Notes: generated by a model not told the origin, from the letters alone. A DNA stretch of 64,000 bases from Myxococcota bacterium (GCA_039028615.1 JBCCHT010000011.1:160001-224000), one strand, 5' to 3'. Shown: positions 44,970 through 55,242, counted from the stretch's first letter. Numbers and translations: made by a program.

Positions 44970-45012
44970 TGAGGCTAGCCTCATGTTGTTGTCAAACATG
45001 AGGACGGCCTCA
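44970..45012. promoter_or_regulatory. Two TGAGG-N4-CCTCA dyads, candidate TetR operators
   Basis: tgaggctagcctca at 44970-44983 (perfect palindrome) and tgaggacggcctca at 44999-45012. Confidence 0.75.
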
Positions 45013-46383
45013 CATTCTTCCACGCCCCCGTTCGTCGCCGCCCCCCGCGACGGGCTCCCGCCGGGACCACCGGGGGTGCCGCTGCTGGCCATCATTCGTC
45101 TGCTGCGCAATCCGCTGCAGACCCTCACCGCCACCCGCGAGCAGTACGGCGACGTCACCTGCTTCCGGGTGGGGAAGATCCGCTTCGTGTCGGTGGCCGA
45201 TCCCGAGCTCGCGCACCACGTGCTGGTCCGCAACCACCGAAACTACATCAAGAGCGCCAGCTACCAGGGGCTTCAGCTCGTGCTGGGCCAAGGCCTGGTG
45301 ACGAGCGAGGGCAGCCACTGGCGACGCCAACGCAAGCTCGCCCAGCCCGCGTTCCATCGGCAGCGCCTGGCCAAGCTCGCGGAGACCATGGCCGAGTGCG
45401 TGCACGAGCGGCTCGAGCAATGGGACGCCCGCCAGAGCCCCGAGGTCGACCTGCACGAAGAGATGATGCAGCTGACCCTGCGCATCGTGGGACGGACCCT
45501 CTTCGGCACCGACCTCGGCTCGGACCTCGGCGACCTCGGCCCGGTGATCACCACCTGCCTGCACAAGGCCAACGACTACGCCGAGTCCATCGTCAAGGTG
45601 CCGCTGTGGGTGCCCACGCCCTCCAACCTCCGCTTCAATCGCGCCAAGAAGCGGCTCGACGACATCGTCCACGAGATCATCGAGCAGCGTCGCACCAGCG
45701 GGGAGGAGCGCGACGACGTGCTGGGCATGCTCATGGGCGCGACCGACGACAGCGGCACCGAGCGCATGAGCGACCAGCAGCTGCGCGACGAGGTCATGAC
45801 CCTGTTCATGGCCGGGCACGAGACCATCGCCACCGCCATGAGCTGGACCTGGATGCTGCTGCACGAGCACCCGGAGATCGCCCGCGAGGTCCGGGCCGAA
45901 GCGCAATCGGTGCTCGGCGGCTGGGCCCCCGGCTTCGACGATCTACCCAAGCTCACCTACACCGGCCGCGTCGTCGACGAGGTCATGCGGCTGTATCCCC
46001 CCGCGTGGATCGTCGAGCGCGAGGCGGTGGCCGACGACCAGCTCGGTCCGTGGTCCATCCCCGCGGGCACCACCGTCGCCGTCTCACCGTGGCTGATGCA
46101 TCGCCATCCCGACTTGTGGGAGCGGCCCGAGCACTTCGACCCCGATCGCTTCACGGCCGAGCGCGCGGCCGACCGCCCCAAGCACGCGTACCTCCCCTTC
46201 GGCGCAGGGCCGCGGATCTGCATCGGCAATCACTTCGCGCTGATGGAGGCCAAGATCATCCTGGCCACCATGATCCAGCGCTACGACATCGAGCTGGTCG
46301 ACCCCGACGCGATCGTGCTCGACCCCCGCGTGACCTTGCGACCGCGCAACGGTATGCCTGCCCGCATCCGACCTTGCTCGTAG
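44998..46383 (+). CDS. Cytochrome P450
   Basis: AGHETIA, EVMRLYPP, FDPDRF, PFGAGPRICIG. Start uncertain. Confidence 0.95.
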   Translation: MRTASHSSTPPFVAAPRDGLPPGPPGVPLLAIIRLLRNPLQTLTATREQYGDVTCFRVGKIRFVSVADPELAHHVLVRNHRNYIKSASYQGLQLVLGQGLVTSEGSHWRRQRKLAQPAFHRQRLAKLAETMAECVHERLEQWDARQSPEVDLHEEMMQLTLRIVGRTLFGTDLGSDLGDLGPVITTCLHKANDYAESIVKVPLWVPTPSNLRFNRAKKRLDDIVHEIIEQRRTSGEERDDVLGMLMGATDDSGTERMSDQQLRDEVMTLFMAGHETIATAMSWTWMLLHEHPEIAREVRAEAQSVLGGWAPGFDDLPKLTYTGRVVDEVMRLYPPAWIVEREAVADDQLGPWSIPAGTTVAVSPWLMHRHPDLWERPEHFDPDRFTAERAADRPKHAYLPFGAGPRICIGNHFALMEAKIILATMIQRYDIELVDPDAIVLDPRVTLRPRNGMPARIRPCS

Positions 46384-46564
46384 TCTCCACCACAATTGCG
46401 GCAAAAGCCGTGGAACGTCGCCAGGCGAAGGTCGTTCAGCCACCGGCGAACCAACCCGCGGTACCGGTCCTTCCGGCGGCCTATTGAGCAATCCCCATGC
46501 TGGCGGACGCCCCGGTTCGCTCGCCGCTACGCCCGCTGCCGACCCGGTGGTAGGCTCCCGCTCC

Positions 46565-47074
46565 GTGGCGGTCTTCAGCCCCGAAGATGGCGATCATCTC
46601 GACTTCCAAGTCCTCGCCGCCGGCGGCGTGTCGCTGTACTTCCAGCACGAGGTCCTCGCCGAAGACCTCGCGGCGCTCGCAATCGAGAGCTACGAGATCG
46701 TCCAGTTCGACGAAGAGGCGCTGGACTCGGTCGAGGGCTTCCACTTCGAGGCTCGACTCAAGCTCGGCTTCCCCGAGACCTACGAGCCCACCGTGGCGAG
46801 CCTCCGCGACGCGCTGTCGAAGATGTCGATCTCCGAGTCGGGCGGCATGGCGCTGATCCTGCCCGGCATCGAGCGCATCGCGGCCGAAGACCGCAACGGG
46901 CTGCAGGAGATCCTCGACGTCATCTTCGAGCTGTCGCACCGCTTCATGCTCACCGGGCGCCGCTTCCTCGCCCTGCTGCAGAGCGACGACCCCGAGCTCG
47001 AGCTCGGCACACTGGGCGCACGCCCGATCCCCTGGAACTCGCGAGAGTCCGAAGGCTGGACCCGCGGGCTCTAA
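46565..47074 (+). CDS. Barstar-like protein
   Basis: LGFPETY..SLRDAL..ALILPG pattern; LLQSDDP..WN tail typical of long barstar-family proteins. Start uncertain (46484 possible). Confidence 0.65.
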   Translation: MAVFSPEDGDHLDFQVLAAGGVSLYFQHEVLAEDLAALAIESYEIVQFDEEALDSVEGFHFEARLKLGFPETYEPTVASLRDALSKMSISESGGMALILPGIERIAAEDRNGLQEILDVIFELSHRFMLTGRRFLALLQSDDPELELGTLGARPIPWNSRESEGWTRGL

Positions 47075-47089
47075 AAGGTCCCGCTCGCG

Positions 47090-47941
47090 ATGCTCTTCGC
47101 CAGCACCGAGCTCGTGGCTCGCATCGAGCGAGCCGAGTGCAGCCTGCTCACCGACGGCGCCGCCTCGACCGGCCGTCGGCATCCGAACATCGAGGTCTTC
47201 ACCCGTGAGATCTCCGGGGGCGTCGCCACGCATGCCGGACCCGACTCGCCCCTGAACAAGGTCGCGGGCCTGGGCTTCGACGGCTCGGTCGACGAGGCCG
47301 AGCTCGAGGCGATCGAGCAGATCTTCCATCACCGTGACACTCCGGTTCAGGTGGAGCTGTCGTGCCTCGCCGATCCCGGCATCGGGGGCATGCTCAGCGA
47401 CCGCGGCTACCGATTGGTGGGCTTCGAAAACGTGCTCGGGTGCCCGCTCACGCCCGATCGCCAGGCTCCGTCCACGCCCGACATCGAGATCGTCGCCACT
47501 GCCGACGATGATCTCGCCGCCTGGGTCGATGTCGTGGTCACTGGTTTTGCGACGCCTGATACCGAGGGCGTGGCCTCGCCGGAAGAATTTCCTCGCGAGG
47601 CGCTCGAGCGAGTCCTCGGCGACATGGCCAGCTCGACCGGCTTCAGCCGTTATCTGGCCCGACGTGGGGGAGAGATCGCGGGCGGCGGCAGCCTGCGGCA
47701 AAGTGAGGGTATCGCGCAGCTGTGCGGCGCTTCGACTCTACCCGCGCATCGTCGTCGCGGAGTCCAAACCGCCCTGCTGCACACGCGACTGGCCCTTGCG
47801 GCGCAGTCTGGCTGCGACCTGGCGATCATGACCACGCTGCCGGGCTCTCGCTCGCAGAAGAACGCCCAGCGCCGCGGGTTCCAACTACTGTACACCCGGG
47901 CAATCCTTCAGCGCAGCCCCGGCGGCGACAGAACCCTCTAA
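47090..47941 (+). CDS. GNAT family N-acetyltransferase
   Basis: STLPAHRRRGVQTALL; SQKNAQRRGF. Confidence 0.88.
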   Translation: MLFASTELVARIERAECSLLTDGAASTGRRHPNIEVFTREISGGVATHAGPDSPLNKVAGLGFDGSVDEAELEAIEQIFHHRDTPVQVELSCLADPGIGGMLSDRGYRLVGFENVLGCPLTPDRQAPSTPDIEIVATADDDLAAWVDVVVTGFATPDTEGVASPEEFPREALERVLGDMASSTGFSRYLARRGGEIAGGGSLRQSEGIAQLCGASTLPAHRRRGVQTALLHTRLALAAQSGCDLAIMTTLPGSRSQKNAQRRGFQLLYTRAILQRSPGGDRTL

Positions 47942-48128
47942 ACGCGATTCTCAGGGGGCGACGAGGGCCGCGCGATGACGCGCCACGCCCAATTCACGCG
48001 CCTTCGCACGCGCCAATGCGTCCTTTCGCGCTTGCCCTTCCCGGCCGGCCTGCACGATCATCGGGGCCGCTCGGCTCGGCGGGGCTCCTGCCCACGTCGC
48101 CCGCGCAACGGAGAAGAGGATCCGAATC

Positions 48129-51100
48129 GTGCCCAAAGCATTGCGCCCAGCCCTGTCGCGTGCCGCCCTGTCGTTAGGCCTCACGATCGCCGCTCCCCTC
48201 GGTGCAGCGATCGCCCTGATGCCCGGCTCCGCCGAAGCCGCGGAGAACGGAACGATCAGCGGTGTCGTCACCCACGGCAAGACCAAAGAGCGCATCCCCG
48301 AAGCGCTGGTCATCTTGCAGTGCTCCTGTCTCCAGGACGCCCGCGAGACGCAGACCAACTCGAACGGTCTGTACGCGTTCCGCAACCTGCCGCCGGGGAC
48401 CTACACCATTCAGATCCTCGCCGGGCAGGCGGACGTCGCCAAGGTTGCGACCCTGCCCCGCGGCGCAAAGTTTCGCGCAAACTTCACGGTCGACCCGGAC
48501 GACGAGTTCCGCCGGGTGATCCGCGTCGAGTCGGCGCCGGTCGAGCAGCGCACTTCGGTGGGCCGCACGGTGAGCATGGAGGAGTTCCGCAACATTCCGG
48601 TCGGTAACTCCACCGGTCGCGACTTCACCCAGGTCGTCGAGTCCTCCGCCACCGCCTCCCGCGACTCCGCCGGCATCAGCCTTGCCGGTACCACCGGCGC
48701 CGAGTCGAAGTACACGGTCGAGGGCGCCAACGTGAACAACCCCGCCTTCGGTACCGTGGGCGCGTCGATCGTCCAGGAGTTCGTCGAGACGGTCGAGGTC
48801 CAGGAGTCCGGCTACGACGCCGAGTTCGGTGGTGCTTCGGGTGGTCAGGTCAGCGCCCGCCGCGTGTCCGGTACCAACCAGACGCGTGGTGTCGCCCGCT
48901 TCACCTACACGCCGCGACTCGCCACGCCGCGCTTCATCCAGGCCACCGACAACGCGGTCCGGGCCACCGAGACCCCCGACTTCGTCATGCAGGGCGTGGT
49001 CGTGGCCAGCGGCCCCATCATCAAGGACAAGCTGTTCTGGTCCGCGGGCATCTCGGCCACGGGTGGTCGTAGCTCGCTGCTGCAGACCTTCCACAACCGG
49101 ATCGACAAGGACGGGTCCGGCGGCTACGAGGACTGCCCCTACCAAAACGGCAACAACGACTGTGTCGACGGCGGTGACTACATCTCCACCGAGAAGTTCG
49201 CCGACCAGAAGTTCTTCACCGGTGCGGTGCAGGCCGGCTACCAGCTGGGCATCGACTGGGCCATCAACCCCCGTCACCGCATCCGCTTCACCTTGGGTGG
49301 CGCGCCGAACTTCACTCGCCGCACCTACCGTCGCTCGGCGACCAGCCCGCTCAACCCCACGCTGACCGCCGACCCGCTGGGCGGCGGCTCGCTCGTCGCC
49401 AACGGCGTGGTCAACGAGCACTTCGGCTGGGACCGCAACAACTCGATCAACACCTCGGCCCGGTACCTCGGTCGTATCGCCGACGACAAGATCGAGATCG
49501 ACGCCACCTTGGCCTACGCCCAGTTCGCCAACGAGGTGGCCTGGCGGGTCGACAACCCCGAGCTGCTCAACACCCCCGCCACGCAGGAGACCGACTCCGA
49601 GGGCGAGAACCTCTTCGAGTTCCTCGACCGCGACGGCCGCCTCGACCTCGTGCCCGGCGTGGCCGAGGCCTGTAACGCCTCCAGCCTGCCCGGCCTCGCG
49701 TGCCCGGTGCGCCTGTGGCTGTCCGGCGGTGTCGGCCAGATCAGCGTCGACCGCTCGCGTCGCGCCGAGGGTCGCCTGGCCCTGACCCACTTCTTCAACG
49801 CGGCCGGTGCCCACCAGGTCAAGTACGGCGTGCACTTCGAGCACCTCGCTCGACGCACCGTGGCCAGCTACTCCGGCCAGAACGCGGGCGACTTCTACAG
49901 CAACTGCTCGGCCAACGGCCTGGGCGGACAGGCCCCCGACGAGGGCGGCGAGTGGTGCTACGACGCCGCCAACAACCAGTACAACATCACCACCGTCAAC
50001 CGGGTCGACAACCACCGCTACATCCTGGTGGACACCGACAACCCGGACCTGCGGACCTCCGTCGGCTACGGTCGTGTCCGCAAGGAGCAGGGTGAGCTGC
50101 GAGCCATCGCCACCCCGCTCGGCGCGGGTGCTCGCGTCCCCGCCTACGACGAGACGCTGACCACTCAGAACTACGGCGTCTTCCTGCAGGACAAGTGGGC
50201 CATCCTCTCCAACTTGTTCCTCTCCGCGGGTGTCCGCTGGGAGCTCCAGGACATGCGCGACGTCCTCGGCGAGCGCGCCATGCTCATCTGGGACAACGTC
50301 GCTCCGCGCGTGGGCGTCGTCTACGACTGGACGGACGAGGGTCGTAGCCGCCTCTTCGCCAGCTACGGCTGGTTCTACCAGCCCCTGCCCGTGCAGCTGA
50401 ACTCCCGCGTCTTCGGTGGCCTCGTCACCGTGCGCCGGACCTACCGCAACGCGCAGTGCCAGGGCCAGCAGGTCACCATCAACGGCGAGACCTTCTCCCG
50501 CGAGGAGAGCGGTCAGCCCACCGAGTACTGCCCCGACTTCGCCTCGAGCACCACGCAGCTCACCGAGGGCGCCGTCGTCCCGCGGCTCCGCGGTCAGTAC
50601 AACCAGCAGTTCCAGGTCGGGTACGAACAAGAGGTCATCGAGGACCTGACCCTCGGCGTCCGCTGGCTGCACACCGACCTGGGTCGGGCCGTCGAGGACA
50701 TCTCCACCAACGGTGGCCTCAATTTCATCATCGCCAACCCCGGCGTCGCCGTCGACCAAGAGGACCTCAGCCGGCAGCAAGCCGAGTGTGACGCCCTCGA
50801 GAGTCAGCTCGACGGCCTCGACATGGACGCCTCGGACCGCCCGCAGATCGCCCGCGAGCTGCAGCGCTGCCTGTTCCTCGCCGACGCCTTCGGCAAGATC
50901 AACCAGCTCTTCGACCGGCCGCGGCGTAACTTCGACGCCTTCACCTTCGAGGTGAAAAAGCGCTTCGCTCGCAACTGGACCCTGCTCGGCAGCTACACCT
51001 TCAGCCGTCTCATCGGTAACTACGACGGCTTCGTCGACCCCATCAGCGGCAACGTCAACATCGGTGCCAGCGTCCAGTACGACATTCCCGAGCTCGTTCG

Positions 51101-51629
51101 GAACAGCTTCGGTCCCCTGTCCTTCGACACGCCGCACCGCGCCAAGCTCGACGGCTTCTACTCCTTCGACCTTCGCGAGGCCGGCCGCCTGACCCTGGGC
51201 ACCAGCTTCCGCTTCAGCTCCGGCTTCCCCATCTCGCTCCGCGGCGGTCACAACCTCTACGGTGGTGCGCCCGTCTACGTCGTCCCCCGTGGCGCCGGCG
51301 GTCGAGTCGAGCCGAACTACACCTGGAACCTGTCCGCGAGCTACGCGTACCCGCTGCCCGGCAACCTCGAGATCGAGGCCGCCGCCCGGCTCATCAACAT
51401 CACCAACGCCCGCGCCATCATCCGGGTCGACGAGATCTACTCGTTCCAGAACACCCGGGCCGTCGCGGGTGGTGACCTCAACGACCTCAAGCACACCAAG
51501 ATCCAGAACTCCGGTAACCCCACCGAGTTCTTCCAGCGCACCGTGCTGGCGCCGCAGGGCAACTTCGGTGTCGAGACCTCGTTCCAGACCCCGCTGGCCG
51601 CCTCCTTCGAGGTCCAGCTCCGGTTCTAG
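48129..51629 (+). CDS. TonB-dependent receptor (Oar-like) with N-terminal carboxypeptidase-regulatory-like domain
   Basis: Signal peptide; TNSNGLYAFRNLPPGTY; plug GYDAEFGGASGG; FLQDKW; APRVGVVYD; terminal Phe. Confidence 0.92.
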   Translation: MPKALRPALSRAALSLGLTIAAPLGAAIALMPGSAEAAENGTISGVVTHGKTKERIPEALVILQCSCLQDARETQTNSNGLYAFRNLPPGTYTIQILAGQADVAKVATLPRGAKFRANFTVDPDDEFRRVIRVESAPVEQRTSVGRTVSMEEFRNIPVGNSTGRDFTQVVESSATASRDSAGISLAGTTGAESKYTVEGANVNNPAFGTVGASIVQEFVETVEVQESGYDAEFGGASGGQVSARRVSGTNQTRGVARFTYTPRLATPRFIQATDNAVRATETPDFVMQGVVVASGPIIKDKLFWSAGISATGGRSSLLQTFHNRIDKDGSGGYEDCPYQNGNNDCVDGGDYISTEKFADQKFFTGAVQAGYQLGIDWAINPRHRIRFTLGGAPNFTRRTYRRSATSPLNPTLTADPLGGGSLVANGVVNEHFGWDRNNSINTSARYLGRIADDKIEIDATLAYAQFANEVAWRVDNPELLNTPATQETDSEGENLFEFLDRDGRLDLVPGVAEACNASSLPGLACPVRLWLSGGVGQISVDRSRRAEGRLALTHFFNAAGAHQVKYGVHFEHLARRTVASYSGQNAGDFYSNCSANGLGGQAPDEGGEWCYDAANNQYNITTVNRVDNHRYILVDTDNPDLRTSVGYGRVRKEQGELRAIATPLGAGARVPAYDETLTTQNYGVFLQDKWAILSNLFLSAGVRWELQDMRDVLGERAMLIWDNVAPRVGVVYDWTDEGRSRLFASYGWFYQPLPVQLNSRVFGGLVTVRRTYRNAQCQGQQVTINGETFSREESGQPTEYCPDFASSTTQLTEGAVVPRLRGQYNQQFQVGYEQEVIEDLTLGVRWLHTDLGRAVEDISTNGGLNFIIANPGVAVDQEDLSRQQAECDALESQLDGLDMDASDRPQIARELQRCLFLADAFGKINQLFDRPRRNFDAFTFEVKKRFARNWTLLGSYTFSRLIGNYDGFVDPISGNVNIGASVQYDIPELVRNSFGPLSFDTPHRAKLDGFYSFDLREAGRLTLGTSFRFSSGFPISLRGGHNLYGGAPVYVVPRGAGGRVEPNYTWNLSASYAYPLPGNLEIEAAARLINITNARAIIRVDEIYSFQNTRAVAGGDLNDLKHTKIQNSGNPTEFFQRTVLAPQGNFGVETSFQTPLAASFEVQLRF

Positions 51630-51655
51630 GACCCGGCCTCCCGAGGCCACGAACG

Positions 51656-51692
51656 AGGCCTTCGCGACGATGTCGCGGAGGCCTTCTTCTTT
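51656..51692 (+). terminator. Intrinsic terminator
   Basis: 13-bp stem aggccttcgcgac/gtcgcggaggcct (one G-U pair) followed by tcttcttt, 27 nt after the receptor stop. Confidence 0.75.
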
Positions 51693-51711
51693 GGTTCCCC
51701 CCGAAAACGCT

Positions 51712-52245
51712 TCAGCCGCAGTAGGACTGCATCACGTCGTTCTGACAGTCCTCGGCACAGGGCGCGCCCTCGCAGACCATGCACTGCACCAGCTCGGTCA
51801 GGGGCTCGACGCCGCTGGGGATGATCTCGTTGCACTCCGCGACGCAGTCCAGCGTGCCGCCGCAGGCGAAGGGGCAGTCGAGCAGCTGGCTGCAGGCGAG
51901 GTCGGCCTTGCAGGTGTCGAGCGCTTCGCAGGAGGCACTGTTGTCCTCCCAGCAGCCGTAGCAGGCGCGGACCGCCAGGGGGTCGTTCGGATCGTCGGGA
52001 TCGCCTCCGACTTCATCGGCGGCCCCGCCATCGGCTCCGCCCCCCTCGTCGGCGGGGTCGCGCCCGTCGTCGCGGCCGCCCGGGACTTGGCCATCGGCGC
52101 CCGGGTCTCCTCGCTCGTCGCCGGAGCCTTCGTCGGTCTCGCCGTCGGAGGTCGATGCTCCGGGGTCCTCGACCTGGGGGCCGCAGCCGAGGGCCGGTAG
52201 GCAGGCGAGTATGGCGGTGGCCAGGGCTTCTTGGATTCGGATCAT
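51712..52245 (-). CDS. Cys-rich lipoprotein
   Basis: ALGC lipobox; acidic linker; CxxC-rich helical C-terminus. Confidence 0.7.
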   Translation of the reverse strand: MIRIQEALATAILACLPALGCGPQVEDPGASTSDGETDEGSGDERGDPGADGQVPGGRDDGRDPADEGGGADGGAADEVGGDPDDPNDPLAVRACYGCWEDNSASCEALDTCKADLACSQLLDCPFACGGTLDCVAECNEIIPSGVEPLTELVQCMVCEGAPCAEDCQNDVMQSYCG

Positions 52246-52354
52246 CGCGGTCGCTTCCCCGAATCCATGATTGACCAGAAAGGGCTGCGCGTTACACACA
52301 AAGTTGGCGGGCGTGGGGATTTGTCCGGGGTTGGTGAGGGGGCTGTTGGGTGCG

Positions 52355-53824
52355 CTAGAGGGTCCTTAGATGCGACAGCAGGGCGTCGCGATCGCTCTCG
52401 GGAAGGTCGAGGGCGTGGCGGTGGCCGGGGATCGGTCCGGGGCCGCGGGTACCTTGGGTGTAGTCGGAGCTCAGGCGGTCGGAGGAGAGGAGGGCTTCGA
52501 GTGAGGGGAGCGAGCCGTCGTGGAAGTACGGGGCGGCGTCGGCAATGCGGAGCAGAGGGGCGGGGCGGTACTTGCCCGTGCCGCGGGCGCGGCCGAAGGC
52601 GAGGGTGGGCTCGGTGCCGACGGAGGTCGCGGCGACCGGGCGCCCGCCGTGGGCGGCGTTGTCGTGGCACGAGTCGCAGTGTTGGTCGAACAGCTGCGTG
52701 CCGCGGGCGTCCGCGACGACGGCGGGTCGGGGTGGAGGCTGCAGCGAGTAGACGTACATCGCCAGTGCCCAGGCGAGCTCCCGCGGCGGTCGGCTGCGCT
52801 CGCGGTTCGCGTGGAGGATCTGCGTCTCTTGGCGAATGGCCAGGGCGGCGGGATGCAGGTGGACGATGGTGCCGGCTTGGGTCAGGGCGCTCTGCTCTCG
52901 GACGCCCCACAGGTCGGGAATGGCGACCGGATCTTCGTCGTCGTCCTCGGTGATGTCGGCGCGCCCCGGGCCCCAGTTGGCCATGCGCTCGGCCAGATCG
53001 GGCGGCAGGGGCTCGGCGCGGTCGCGGTGGTAGGCGAGGCGGAGGCGGCCGTAGTCGAAGGTGCGACGGGCTCGACCGATGACGAGGTCGTGGCCGTCCA
53101 TGGCGGTGTGGCACAGGGCGCAGGTGATGCCGATGCGGGCGCGGCCGTCGATGTCACCGAAGGCGACGAGGCCAGGCCATTGGCCATCGGGGGTCTGCAC
53201 GAGTCCGGCTTCGTCGGCGACCTCGGGACGGGCGAGGGCATGCTCGGCGAAGACCTCGGGGCGCAACGGGTAGTCGAAGAAGACGCGACGGCCGAGCTCG
53301 ACCCATCCGGCGGTGGTGGTGGGGCGCTCGCCATCCCATACAGGGGTGGCGTCGGAGGGGAGGATGACGGTACCGCTCGAGCGGAGCGGGGCGACGACGC
53401 TGGGCGTGACGGGGGCGGCGCGGGGGACCCAGGTCGGCAGGACGTCCCATCCTCGATCGCCGTGGCCGTAGGCGCTCAGGCGAGCGGCGGAGTAGAGGTT
53501 GTCGTGGTTGGCCAGCGAGCGCTCGACGATGTCGCGGCGAAATGCGGGGTCGTCGAGGTAGCGCGGGGCCTGGGCGAGCATCCAATCGTCGGACCACGGA
53601 GGTGCGGGGAACGACTCGGGGGCATCCGAGGACTCGCGCTCGAGGGCAGCGACCGCGGGCGAATCGGGCTCGGCAGGAGCGGGTGTGGTGGCGGATGGGC
53701 GCGGAGCATCGGGCTGCCCCGAGTCGCACGCGAGTGCAGCCAAGACGAACGTGCCCGCGAGCGCGAGGCGGGCGGTCGTGCTCGCGCCCGAGGGCACGAG
53801 CCGAGGGCGAGCGCCGAGGGGCAC
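52355..53824 (-). CDS. Di-heme c-type cytochrome lipoprotein (cytochrome c peroxidase/RoxA-like C-terminus)
   Basis: CALCH and CDSCH; APYFHDGSLPSL; ALAC lipobox. Confidence 0.8.
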   Translation of the reverse strand: MPLGARPRLVPSGASTTARLALAGTFVLAALACDSGQPDAPRPSATTPAPAEPDSPAVAALERESSDAPESFPAPPWSDDWMLAQAPRYLDDPAFRRDIVERSLANHDNLYSAARLSAYGHGDRGWDVLPTWVPRAAPVTPSVVAPLRSSGTVILPSDATPVWDGERPTTTAGWVELGRRVFFDYPLRPEVFAEHALARPEVADEAGLVQTPDGQWPGLVAFGDIDGRARIGITCALCHTAMDGHDLVIGRARRTFDYGRLRLAYHRDRAEPLPPDLAERMANWGPGRADITEDDDEDPVAIPDLWGVREQSALTQAGTIVHLHPAALAIRQETQILHANRERSRPPRELAWALAMYVYSLQPPPRPAVVADARGTQLFDQHCDSCHDNAAHGGRPVAATSVGTEPTLAFGRARGTGKYRPAPLLRIADAAPYFHDGSLPSLEALLSSDRLSSDYTQGTRGPGPIPGHRHALDLPESDRDALLSHLRTL

Positions 53825-53825
53825 T

Positions 53826-55040
53826 TCAGGTCACGACCACGTGGGGGCGCTCGCGGGGGAACTGCGGGGAGCGAATGGTCTGGGTCTCGTTGCCGATGGA
53901 CAGGTCGACCTCGATGATGAACATCTGGCCGAAGCTGGTGCCGCCGAGCTTCTTCTCGATGGGGCCCCAGTCGGGCACGGTGATGCGATAGGCGGCCTTG
54001 ACCTCGGTGTTGGCGGGCACGCTCTCGTCCCACTTTTCGTAGGTGGAGCCGTTCCAACGGGTGGGGTCGCGCGGCTGCACGGTGCCCACCGGGTCATCGC
54101 TGCCGGGGATGAGCACGCGGATGGCCTCGATGGTGATCTTGTTGGTCTCTTCGCCGTTGGCCGCGAAGTTGAGCTGCATCGCCGACTGCGTACAGAAGCT
54201 GGGCATGGGACCGAAGCTGTCGCCCGGGGCGAAGCCGGCGGCGGGTCGATCGGCGGCGGGAGGCATGGCGCGCCGCATGGGTCGCGCCATTGCACCCGCG
54301 ACGGGAGCCCGGGGGGCGGGCTCGTCGGCGGCGGGAGGTTCCGGCATGGCGCGCGGCGAGGTGGGCATGGTGGGCACGCGTGGACTGGCGACGGGCCCGG
54401 GTGCTGGCGCGGGGCGAGCGGGTGCGGCCGCGGAGGGCTGCCGAGGGTTGATGGGGCTGCCGGCTTTGGGCGCAGGCATGCGAGGGTCCACCGAGGGCAG
54501 CGGCCTGGGCTGCGCGGGGCGAACGGCACTGCCCGTCGTGGGGGGTGGCGGCTCGGCCGATGGAGCGACGGGTTGGGTGCCGCTGGAGGGCAAGCCGGGG
54601 ATGCGCGGGCCCGGCTGGATGGGACGAGCCGAGGGCAGCGATCCGGGGCGTACGGGGCGGGCGGAGGGGGCCGGGGTTTCGGACCCCGCGGGAGGTCTCG
54701 GCTGGGCGGGAACGGCCGCACCGGGTCGCACGGGGCTGGCGGAGGGAGCCGGGGTCGCGGGCCCCTCCGCGGGAGCGGGCTGGGCAGGCGCGGCCGGAGC
54801 CGCGGGAGCGGCCGGAACGGCCCCGGCCCCGCGAGGAGGCGGCGGTGGGTCGTCGACCTGCGGGCAATCTTCGACCATCTGCACCGAAGCGATCGAGGCG
54901 GTGGACACGACCTTCTTGGGTGGCGGGGGCGGTTCGGGCTCGTCCGTCTTCTGACTGGTTTGGGTTTCCTTGGGCTTGTCGGTGGACGTGCAGCCGCTGG
55001 CGAGGACGAGGGACAGGGAGACGAGGATGCGAGTGAGCAT
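53826..55040 (-). CDS. Proline-rich lipoprotein
   Basis: ASGC lipobox; long Pro/Ala repeats; globular C-terminus. Confidence 0.72.
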   Translation of the reverse strand: MLTRILVSLSLVLASGCTSTDKPKETQTSQKTDEPEPPPPPKKVVSTASIASVQMVEDCPQVDDPPPPPRGAGAVPAAPAAPAAPAQPAPAEGPATPAPSASPVRPGAAVPAQPRPPAGSETPAPSARPVRPGSLPSARPIQPGPRIPGLPSSGTQPVAPSAEPPPPTTGSAVRPAQPRPLPSVDPRMPAPKAGSPINPRQPSAAAPARPAPAPGPVASPRVPTMPTSPRAMPEPPAADEPAPRAPVAGAMARPMRRAMPPAADRPAAGFAPGDSFGPMPSFCTQSAMQLNFAANGEETNKITIEAIRVLIPGSDDPVGTVQPRDPTRWNGSTYEKWDESVPANTEVKAAYRITVPDWGPIEKKLGGTSFGQMFIIEVDLSIGNETQTIRSPQFPRERPHVVVT

Positions 55041-55242
55041 GGCGATCTCGGGGGCGAGGGGGCGCGAAGCCGCGGGGGACCCGACGAGCGGTCCCTCTCC
55101 ACGGTCTACGTACGGGACGAGGCTACCAGTATTTGACGAATGAAACGTGGTGCCGACTCCGAGCATCGGCGGACGGCGTTTCTGCTCCGAGCCCCAAAGC
55201 CGGTCCTGCGGGGAGGGTCGGCCCGAGTTGGTACCCTGAGGC

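Noticed and set aside
48174..51650. 1158-aa antisense ORF opposite the TonB-dependent receptor
   Set aside because: Shadow ORF expected from strong GC3 codon bias; no motifs; mirrors the real gene.
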